Program-made: the position numbers and the translations under genes
Origin: the human T2T-CHM13v2.0 reference genome, Homo sapiens
DNA: 64,000 nt
Direction: 5' to 3'
NCBI GenBank assembly: GCA_009914755.4
Contig: CP068257.2
Coordinates: 26,176,001-26,240,000 of the forward strand
Notes under the pieces: model-generated
The model's input: the letters and a program-made list of their open reading frames with translations, nothing else
The model's database searches: none
What the model was told of the DNA's origin: nothing
Part shown: in pieces, positions 55,628 to 64,000 of the stretch
Layout of the letters: every line of letters starts with the position of its first letter
Numbering within the stretch: the stretch's first letter is position 1

Positions 55628-57162
55628 GTTTTTTTCAACATTTATTTTAGATTCATGGGGCATATGTGCTGCTTTGTTACTTGGATATATTGTCTGATGT
55701 TAAGGTTTGGGGTATAAGTGATCCCATTTACCAAGGTACTACACATAGTACACAAAAGCAGGTTTTTCAACCCTTGCCTCTACTCCTCCTTCACTCCACC
55801 TGCTAGCTGTACCCAGTGTCTATTTTTGCCATCTTTACGTTTATGAGTATCTAATATTTAGCTCCAATTTATAATTGAGAAAAGACTGTATTTGGTTTTC
55901 TGTTACTGCATTAATCTGCTTAGGATAATGGCCTCCAGCTACATCTGTGTTGCTGCAAAGGACATGATTTTGTTATTTTTATGGCTGTGTAGTGTTCCAT
56001 CATGTATATGTGCCATGTTTTCTTTATCCATTCCACCATTAGTGGGCACCTAGGTTGATTTCATGGCTGCTATTGTGAATAGGACTGCGAGGAACATATG
56101 AGAGCCTATGTATTATTGCTAAAACAATTTGTTTTCTTTTGGATACATAACCAGTAATGGGATTGCTGGGTCAAATCGTAATTCCCTTTTAAAGTCTTTA
56201 AAAAATCTCCAAACTACTTTCCATAGTGGCTGAACTAATTTAGATTTCCACTGAAAGTGTGCAAGCATTCCCTTTTCTCCATAGCCTTGCCAGCATCTGT
56301 TATTTTTTGATGTTTTAATAATACCCATTCTGACTGATGTGAGATGGAACCTCATTGTAGTGATTTGCATTTCTCTGATGATTAGTGATGAGAATTTTTT
56401 ATATGTTTGTAAACCACTTTTATGTCTTCTTCTGAGAGGTGTCTATTCATGTCTTTTGTTCATTTGTATTCATTGTTTTATGCTTATTAATTGGTTTAAT
56501 TTTCTTATAGATTTGGGGTATTGGGACCTTTGTTGGAAGTGTAGTTTGTGAGTATTTTATCTCATTCTGTAGGTTGCCTGTTTTCTCTGTTGATAATTTC
56601 TTTTACTGTGCAGAGCTCTTTAATTTAATTAGATCCCACTTGTCAATTTTTGTTTTGGTTGCAATTGCTTTTGAGGACTTAGTCATAAATTATTTCCCAA
56701 GGCCAATGTCCAGAATGGTGTTTCCTAGGATTCTTGTAGTTTGAGGTCTTATGTTTAAATCTTTAATCCAACCTCAGATAATTTTTTTATATGGTGAAAG
56801 GTGGGGTTGAGTTTCATTCTTCTACATATCGCTACCCAACTAGCCCAGCACCATTTATTGAATAGGGAGTAGTCTTTTCCCTGTTGGTTATTTTTCTTAA
56901 CTTTGTTAAAGATCAGATATCTGTAGGTGTGCAGCTTTATTTCTGGGTTCTCTGTTCCGTTCCATTGGTCTATGTGTTTTTGTACCAATACCATGCTGTT
57001 CTGGCACCAGCACCATGCTATTTTGGTTACTGTCACCTGATAGTATATTTTGAAGTCAGCAAACATGATGCCTCTGGCTTTGTTCTTTGTGATTAAGATT
57101 ACTTTGGCTATTTTGGCTGTTTGGAGTTTCATATGAATTATTAGTTTTTTTCTGGTTTTATA
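55628..57162 (-). mobile_element. L1 3' 1.5 kb (ORF2 C-terminus plus 3'UTR; older L1P-like), antisense, 5'-truncated at 57162 where it abuts the THE1 internal sequence
   Basis: Starts 'gtttttttcaacatttattttagattcatggggcatatgtgctgctttgttacttggatatattgtctgatgttaaggtttggggtataagtgatcccatttaccaaggtactacacatagtacacaaaagcaggtttttcaaccc' (antisense L1 3'UTR), then 'ataatggcctccagctacatctgtgttgctgcaaaggacatgattttgttatttttatggctgtgtagtgttccatcatgtatatgtgccatgttttctttatccattccaccattagtgggcacctaggttgatttc', 'ccagtaatgggattgctgggtcaaatcgtaattccc', 'cattctgactgatgtgagatggaacctcattgtagtgatttgcatttctctgatgattagtgatgag', 'agcaccatttattgaatagggagtagtcttttccctgttgg', 'ccataccatgctgttctggcaccagcaccatgctattttggttactgtcacctgatagtatattttgaagtcagcaaacatgatgcctctggctttgttctttgtgattaagattactttggctattttggctgtttggagtttcatatgaat'. 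The 184-aa minus ORF 56755-57309 is a remnant of this element's ORF2. Confidence 0.9.
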
Positions 57163-58649
57163 GAAGAAAAATAAACGACATGGTAGTTTGGAACTTCCTA
57201 GAGACTTATTGAATGGCTCTGACCAAAATACTAATAGTGATATGGACAATAAAGTCCAGGCTGAAGTGGTCTCAGATGGAGATGAGGAACTTGTTGGGAA
57301 CTGAAGCAAAGGTGACTCTTGTTATACTTTAGCAAAGAGACTGGCAGCATTTTTCCCCTGCCCTAAAGATTTGTGGAACTTTGAACTTGAGAGAGATGAT
57401 TTAGGGCATCTGGTGCAATAAATTTCTAAGGAGCAAAGCATTCAAGAAGTGACTTGGGTACTGTTAAAAACATTCAGTTTTATTTATTCAGAAAGGTAGG
57501 ATTTGGAGTTGAAATTTATGTTTAAAAGGGAAGCAGATCATAAAAGTTTGGTAAATTTGTAGCCTGATGATGTGATAGAAAAGAAAAACCCATTTTCTGA
57601 GGAGAAATTCAAGCTGGCTGTAGAAATTTGCATAAGTAATAAGGAGCCAAATGTTAATCATGAAGACAATGGGGAAAATGTCTCCAGGGCATGTCAGAGG
57701 TCTTTATGGCAGCCCCTCCCATCACAGGCCCAGAGGCCTAGGAGGAAAAAATGGTTTCATAGGTTGGGTCCAGGGCCTTGCTGCTTTGAACACTCTCCAA
57801 ACTTGCTCCCCTGCATCCCAGCCATGGCTAAGAGGAGCCAGTGTATGTAGATCAGGTCATTGCTTCAGAGGGTGCAAGTCTCAAGCCTTGGCAGCTTACA
57901 TGTGGCTTTGGGCCTCCAGGTACACAGAAATCAAGAATTGAGGTTTGAGAACCTCCACATAGATTTCAGAGGATTTGTGGAAATGTCTGGATGTCCAGGC
58001 AGAGGTGTGCTGCAGGGGCAGAGTCCTCATGGAAAACCTCATGTTAGCGCAGAGTGGAAGGGAAATGTGGAGTCAAGCACCCTCTGGGGCACTGCCTGGT
58101 GGAGCTGTGAGAAGAGGGCCACCATCATCTGGACTCCAAAATGGTAGATCCACTGACAACGTGCACCATGCACCTGGAAAAACTGCAGACACTCAATGCC
58201 AGCTCATGAAAGCAGCCAGAAGGGGAGCTGTACCCTGTAAAGACACAGGGGCAGAGCTGCCTAAGGTCATGGGCGCCTACCTCTTGCATCAGTGAGACCT
58301 CGATGTGAGACATGGAGAAAAAAGGATCATTTTGGAGCTTTAAGATTTGACTGCTCTGCTGGATTTTGGATTTCTATGGGGCCTGTAGCCCCTTCATTTT
58401 GCCAATTTTTCCCATCTGGAATAGCTGTATTTACACAATGCCTGTATCTCCATTGTATCTAGGAAGTAACTAACTTGCTTTTGATTTTACAGGCTCATAG
58501 GCAGAAGGGACTTGCCTTGTCTTAGATGAGACTTTGGACTGTGGACTTTTGAGTTAATGCTGAAATGAGTTAAGATTTTGGAGGACTGTTGGGAAAGCAT
58601 GATTGGTTTTGAAATGTGAGGATGAGATTTGGGAGGGGCCACGGGTGGA
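57163..58649 (+). mobile_element. THE1-int (MaLR internal sequence), sense; starts ~150 nt into the internal consensus, no 5' LTR present
   Basis: Collinear with THE1-int: 'catggtagtttggaacttcctagagacttattgaatggctctgaccaaaatactaatagtgatatggacaataaagtccaggctgaagtggtctcagatggagatgaggaacttgttgggaactgaagcaaaggtgactcttgttatactttagcaaagagactggcagcatttttcccctgccctaaagatttgtggaactttgaacttgagagagatgatttagggcatctgg...aaaaacccattttctgaggagaaattcaagctggctgtagaaatttgcataagtaataaggagccaaatgttaatcatgaagacaatggggaaaatgtctccagggcatgtcagaggtc...tgggcgcctacctcttgcatcagtgagacctcgatgtgagacatggag...ggatcattttggagctttaagatttgactgctctgctggattttggatttctatggggcctgtagcccc...ttgtatctaggaagtaactaacttgcttttgattttacaggctcataggcagaagggacttgccttgtcttagatgagactttggactgtggacttttgagttaatgctgaaatgagttaagattttggaggactgttgggaaagcatgattggttttgaaatgtgagg'. 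Confidence 0.92.
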
Positions 58650-59017
58650 ATATTATTTGCTGTGTCCCCACTCAAATCTCATCCAGAATTTTAGCTCTCA
58701 CAATCCCCATGTGTTGTGGGAGGGGCCCAGTGGGAAGTAATTGAATCTTAGAAGTGGGTCTTTCCCATGCTGTTCTTGTGATAGTAAATAAGTCTCATGA
58801 CTCATGAGATCTGATGGTTTGATAAAGGGGAGTTCCCCTGCACACACTCTTTCTTGCCTGCTGCCATGTAAGACGTGTTTGCTTCCCCTTTGCTTTCCAC
58901 CATGATTGTGAGGCCTCCCCAGCCATGTGGATTTGTGAGTCAATTAAAACTTTCCTTTATAAATTACCCAATCCCAAGTATGTCTTTATTAGCAGCCTGA
59001 GAACAGACTAATACAAC
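58650..59017 (+). mobile_element. THE1-type 3' LTR of the element at 57163-59017
   Basis: tattatttgctgtgtccccactcaaatctcatccagaattttagctctcacaatccccatgtgttgtgggaggggcccagtgggaagtaattgaatcttagaagtgggtctttcccatgctgttcttgtgatagtaaataagtctcatgactcatgagatctgatggtttgataaaggggagttcccctgcacacactctttcttgcctgctgccatgtaagacgtgtttgcttcccctttgctttccaccatgattgtgaggcctccccagccatgtggatttgtgagtcaattaaaactttcctttataaattacccaatcccaagtatgtctttattagcagcctgagaacagactaatacaa. Minus ORF 58698-58943 is LTR read-through. Confidence 0.9.
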
Positions 59018-59084
59018 AGGATTGTGGGAAGTTCTCCAGGCATTCAGAGCACCCACCTTCCTGAATTAGGAGTAGGGAAACCAA

Positions 59085-59770
59085 CTGCACCAAGATCTTT
59101 GCACAGAAGAGGTGGGGTGATTCAGGCTGCTGAACCAGGCAAGCAGAAGCTTTGAATGCCTGGAGATCTACCTGAGCATGTAGCAGCAAAGGCCCCTGCA
59201 CCAAGACCTCTGGCCAGGAAGGGTGGGGCATATCAAGCTGCTGATCCAGGCAAGTTGGTGCTCTGAATGTCTGGAGGTCTGCCTGAGTGTGGAGTAGAGA
59301 GGGCCATTCTGTATCATGATCTACGTCCAGGAAGGTTGGGTGGCTCAGGCTGCTGAACCAGAAGAACAGGTGCTTTAACTGCCTGGAGATCTGCCCAGGC
59401 ATAAAGCAGAGAAGGCCTCCCTGCACCGTAGCTCTGAACAGAAAGAATAGTGGTGAGTCAGGCTGCTGATTCAAGTGAGTAAATGTCTGGAGGCCTGCCT
59501 GGTTATGGAGCAGAGAAAGCCCCACTGCACCAGGATCTCTGTACAGGAAGGGTGGAGCAGGTTAGGCTCTGAACCCAGTGAACAGATGCTCCTAATGCCT
59601 GGAGATCTGCCTTGGCATAAAGTGTAGGGGGCTGCTCTGCACCACAATCTATGTTCATGAAGAGTTGAGTGGCTAAGGCTGCTAGTCCAGGAAAGCAGCT
59701 GCGCCAAATGCCTGAATTTTTGCCTGGGGTTTGAGCAGAGGACCTCACTGCACTATTATCTTGGTAGGGC
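59085..59770. repeat. Unclassified tandem array, period ~105-112 bp, 6-7 units, ~75-85% inter-unit identity (minisatellite/satellite-like)
   Basis: Units begin at ~59085, 59196, 59308, 59420, 59525, 59637, 59748 (partial). Shared core 'ctgcacca(a/g)gatct(c/t)t...caggaag(g/a)(g/t)tgg(g/a)g...(c/t)caggctgctgaaccag(g/a)...a(t/g)gcctggagatctgcc..ggcat..agcag...ggcc', e.g. 'ctgcaccaagatctttgcacagaagaggtggggtgattcaggctgctgaaccaggcaagcagaagctttgaatgcctggagatctacctgagcatgtagcagcaaaggcccc'. It produces the long minus-strand ORFs 58989-59525 (178 aa) and 59503-59943 (146 aa). Confidence 0.85.
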
Positions 59771-60559
59771 AGATGGAGACACCTAGAAATGGCACACACA
59801 GACCAATTCCAGGTCACTAGGCTGGCCTTGGCTGCAAATCTCACCACCCAGAAGAAACTGCAGCTGTAGCAGCACTCCTCCTGCCCCAGGCTTGTGACAA
59901 GGGAAAGCACAATTTCAGTGTCCACTCTGGATGTGCTTTCCATAGCTCTGGTGGTGGAGGCCCTTATCCCACTCTAGAGCAGGCCCCCCCCCCCAATCTC
60001 TGGTTCAAGAATAAAATTCCTGAGTGGTCATGCTGCCAAGTTGCCAAAGAATGCCTGACTTTGTATGCCTGGATTAAAAATGTTATCCTGTTCTTGGTCC
60101 CAGGTCTGGGAAAATGTCTGCAGCTTTTCCCAGTGTCTTTCCCTCACAACATCTCCAAGCCTCTCCCCATGCTGGCTCTAGGGCTTGGGAGAAAGACAGT
60201 GCTGTTTCTCGACCTGGGTCGCTTGAGTTCCCAATGGAAAAATGAGTCACATAGGGAGGCTCTCTGCCTCTCTCGTATCCTCCTGGAGCTTCAATCACTT
60301 TTACCAGGCAGATACCATCATGGAGACTGTCTGTCAGTGTTCTTTCTCCTCCACAGGATCTGGAGTGCCCTTCACAATTCTGATGATTTCCCATTTTCTT
60401 CTTGAATTAAAGCTCACAGAGTTGATCTTTATGCACTACTTACTACTTCCAAGTGGCTGAGGCATCATAAAAGCCTCTAATCTGCCACCTTGGGAAAAAC
60501 AAATAGGGATTCTTAATTTGTTTTACTTGTGACGTATTTGTCTGGTTTTACTAGTCTTA

Positions 60560-61900
60560 TAAAAAGAGTTGGAAAATAATCCCTCCTTTTCTATTTTTTG
60601 AGTGTGTTTGTGAAGAATTAGTGTAAACTCTTCTAAACATTTGGTAGAATGTATCAGTAAAGCCATCTATTCTAGGGATTATGTGTGTATTGGTGGAGGG
60701 AAGTTTTATATTGCCTACTTTATTTCTTCCTTCATGTATTTTGGGATTCTCTTGATAGGGGCATATGTGCTTACTGTTATGTTTTCTTGATGTATTAATC
60801 CTTTCTATCATTGTAAAATGCTCTTTCTCGCTAATCACAATTTATCTCTTGAAGTTTGTTTTGTGTGTTATTATGACCAGGTCTCTTTTGATTACTGTTT
60901 GAATGATTTATCTTATTCAGTCATTTGTATTCAAACTGTTTGTGTCTTTGAATATAAAGTGTGCCTGCTGAATAAAACAGATAGTTGGATTATGTTTTTT
61001 CTAAACCCATCTGCAAACTCTATTTTAAATGGAGTTTTTAATCTATATACATTTAATGTAATTACTGATACATAGAATTTATGTTTGCCAGTTTACCAGT
61101 TGTTTTCTATATGTCTTCTGCTTTTTTATTTCTCTATTTTTCTAAGATTGCCTTTTCTTTAGTCAATAGATATTTTTAATGCACTGTATTAATCCCCTTA
61201 TCACTGATTTTATTATATTTTATAAGTTATTTTCTTAGGGTTGCCTGATGGGCTACAAGTAGTATCTTAATTTTTAAAAATCTAGTTAGATTTACCATCA
61301 ACTTAATTTTAATAGCATACAAAAATTTTGATTCTAAATAGCATTGTTCTCTCCTTCTTCCTTTGTTGTATTACTATACATATTACATCTTTATTCATTG
61401 TATGCCAATCGGTACATTACTTATAACCATTGCTTTATGCAGTTTATTTTTGAATCAGGTAGGAGAAAAGAAAATAGTTACAAAGAATACATTTACATTC
61501 TCTTTCATATATTTCTAATTTTTGCTTTTTCTATTGTTCTGCATTTGTTTATATGGACTCTAGATATTGTCAAGTGTAATTTTATTTCATATTGAAATAC
61601 CTCTTTTAATATTTCTTGCATGGAAACTTTGCTAGTAGGAGATTCTGTCAGTTTTGGTTTCAGAGAATAAGTGAGAATATTTTCACTTCTTTTTCATTTT
61701 TGAAGTATAGTTTTGTTGGTTATGAAATTAATCGTTGATAGTCATTTACTTCCAAAACTTTAAAAATGTCATCTCACTGCCTCTGGTTTCCATGGTTTCT
61801 AATGAAAAATCAGTGAAAAATTATTCAGACTCTTTTGCACATGATGAATTGCTCCTCTCTTGTTGTTTTCAAGATTCTTTCTTTGTCATTTTCTTTTGAT
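60560..61900 (-). mobile_element. Ancient L1 (L1M-like) ORF2 N-terminal/central fragment, antisense. Flanks 59800-60560 and 61900-63190 are probably more of the same element but are too diverged to call
   Basis: 'cttctaaacatttggtagaatgtatcagtaaagccatctattctagggatt' (cf. L1 antisense '...ctttaaatgtttggtagaattcacctgtgaagccatctggtcctgg'), 'atttgtattcaaactgtttgtgtctttgaatataaagtgtgcctgctgaataaaacagatagttggattatgttttttctaaacccatctgcaaactctattttaaatggagtttttaatctatatacatttaatgtaattactgatacatag' (cf. '...gcatatagttgggtcttgttttttaatccattctgccactctatgtcttttgattggagaatttaatccatttacatttaaggtaattattgataggta'), 'aatacctcttttaatatttcttgcatggaaactttgctagtaggagattctgtcagttttggtttcagagaataagtgagaatattttcacttctttttcatttttgaagtatagttttgttggttatgaaatt' (cf. 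'...ctctcagcatttgcttgtctgtaaaggattttatttctccttcacttatgaagcttagtttggctggatatgaaattctgggttg'). Confidence 0.6.
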
Positions 61901-64000
61901 TGTTTAATTATAATTTTTTAAAAATGTGAATCTCTTTGAGTTTATCCTACTTGGGAGTCATAGATCTTCTTGGATGTGCAAGTTAGTATTCTTTATCAAA
62001 TTTTGGAAGTTTTTAAGTATGTTTTGTATTGCTCTTCATATATTTTTATGCCCCATTTCTCTTCTGTTCCCTCTCCTTTTGGGACTTCCATTATACATGT
62101 TTTGCTATGCTTGATGGTATCTCTGAGTCAGTCTATTTGTCTTTATTTCTTTTTCTTTCTGTTTCTTGCATTAGATAATCTCATTGACCTATATTTAAGT
62201 TAGCTAACTCTTTTCCCTGCTTGCTAAAATCTGCTGTTAAGTCACTCCAGTACATTTTTATACAGTTATTATACATTTTAATTCTATAATTAATATATAT
62301 TTATACAATTGCTTATTTGTATTATTTATTTGGTGAGACATTTATTCTCAAATGTTCCTTTAGATTTTTAGGAATAGCTTATTTTAGTTATTAAACAAAT
62401 TTTCATCATGGTGGATTTAAAAACCTTTGTCTACTAAGCCAAACACCTGAGATTTCTCATGGACAGTTTTATCGATTGCGTGTTTTCCTGTGTATGAGCC
62501 ATATTGTCTTACTTTTTGTATGCCTTATAAGTTTTTGTTGAAAACTGAACATTTTAAATAATAAAAATGTGACAACTCTGAAAATTATATTTTACTCCCT
62601 TCAAATTTTGTTGATTTTGCTATTTGTTTTTGTTGTCATTTGTTTCTTTAGTGAATTTTCTGAACTAATTGTCTAAAGTTTTTGTTTTTTATCATGTTTG
62701 AACACTGAAGTCTCTGTTTGCTTAACTTACTAGTCAGTGAAAGAATAGACAGAAATTTCATTAAAGACCTGGAACCCGTAACTCTTCCAGTCTCTGCTGA
62801 GTGGCTCTGTGTGCATTTTAGGCCACACTTTTAACACCCAGCTGGTTGGTTGACAACTCTGCCTTAGTCTTCACATTCTGCTTTCCCATAGCTTCATGGT
62901 CATCTGGAGGTGAAAGCTTAGGGCCTTCTCATATTTTTCTTGAGAATAAGCATTGTGCTTAGAATGTGCACAATCATACATGTGTGTGACCTTTTATAGT
63001 GCCAATAATATGTCAGAAGTCTCCGGAACTCCTATGTACATTTCCTAGCTTTTTAAGTTTTCCAGCTACCGTATTATTTGCCCTAACTGTTATCTACCAC
63101 TTCATTCTACCATGATTTAAAGAATTTGCCTTTCAATATTTTCAATAAGTATGCTAGTTAAAAAGACTTTCATGGGCCAGCTACAAATGAGGTCAAATAA
63201 AGACAGTTTTATAAGTGGTATCTTGCAGTAAGCCACGTTCCAGGTCAAACAATAATTCTCAGGGAACTAAGCTGAAGGCTGCCAGGCTGCTAGTAGTCAG
63301 CGACTGAGGGATATTTGTTTTCAGGGTAACTGTAGAACTTGAGACAGGGTGATGAGAATAGGCAGCTTAAAATACCACAAAGCTTACAGCTCTTACCATA
63401 ATTTAGCCTTTCTCTTTTGTTTTTTTGTTTATTAAATAAATTATTTTCAGATTCCTCAAAGTATTTGGCTAATTTCCAGAGTTTTAAAAGAGCTGATTCT
63501 GATTATTTTTGCACATTTTTAATTGTTTATATGGAGGAGATAATTTGCATATGCCCTCACATCATCATTTGTATTGCTATCACTCTTCTTTTTCATATTA
63601 CGGTCAAATGTAATATCACTAGAAGTAAAAATATTTTCATGAGCACTTGCTAATAAGATAAAAATAAGATATCTATTACGTATATAATTTAAATCCAATT
63701 TAAGATCAAGATTCAGCCTTAAACTTGACCTTTTCAGAAATGCTTTTTAATATTCAGAAGGTAGTGGTTCCTTCCTAAATAACACAATGTAGCTGTAAAC
63801 AATTGGATCCGTTTCCTTTCCTTACCCATTTCATTGAACAAATGTCTTTTCCCTCAACTCCCTTATATTTTAGAATTATCTGACTCCTGTGGTCATCTTC
63901 TTTCCGAGGGTTAGTAATCATGAAATAACTTCTAAGCATATAAGTTTTTAGAAATTCATTTACATGATGTATAGTAGGCACACCGTCTTTCATGGAATTG

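Noticed and set aside
56755-57309. 184-aa minus-strand ORF, the longest in the track
   Set aside because: It lies entirely within antisense L1 and is a remnant of L1 ORF2 (…[32 protein letters not shown]… matches L1 ORF2 '[31 protein letters not shown]'). It is a pseudogenised transposon protein fragment, not a host gene.
59085-59770. Periodic array considered as a possible CRISPR-like repeat-spacer structure
   Set aside because: This is a eukaryotic genome. The units are ~111 bp, contiguous and homologous to each other over their full length with no unique spacers. That is a tandem satellite or minisatellite, not a CRISPR array.
58989-59943. Overlapping 178-aa and 146-aa minus-strand ORFs
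   Set aside because: They sit on the ~111-bp tandem array. A periodic repeat keeps one frame open by chance, and the peptides are themselves periodic (…LQTFTHLNQQPDSP… / …LQTFRAPTCLDQQLD… / …LQAFKASACLVQQPESP…).

Overview
Human (or closely related hominoid) nuclear DNA, not a prokaryotic locus. It is AT-rich (about 37% GC by eye), has no CpG island, and roughly half of it is interspersed or tandem repeats. The sequence directly supports: (1) about 20 Alu SINEs on both strands, several with intact target-site duplications (TSDs) and AluY-diagnostic bases; (2) at least 10 L1 LINE fragments of different ages, two with 5' inversions of the twin-priming kind; (3) several MaLR LTRs (THE1/MST/MLT1-like), including a THE1 internal region plus 3' LTR and a solo THE1 LTR that splits an L1; (4) many micro- and minisatellites, among them an unclassified ~111-bp x 6-7 tandem array at 59.1-59.8 kb, a 38-bp triplication inside an Alu, and a perfect 42-bp tandem duplication. 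I cannot support any protein-coding gene, exon, rRNA, tRNA, CRISPR array or operon-like system. Every long ORF in the six-frame track lies inside a transposon or tandem repeat (L1 ORF2 remnants, Alu/THE1 antisense read-through, repeat-driven frames). The main structures are therefore nested transposon insertions and young, possibly polymorphic, repeat loci, not a novel gene system. Family and subfamily calls are from memory of consensus sequences, without RepeatMasker/Dfam, and coordinates of repeat ends are good to about ±10 bp.
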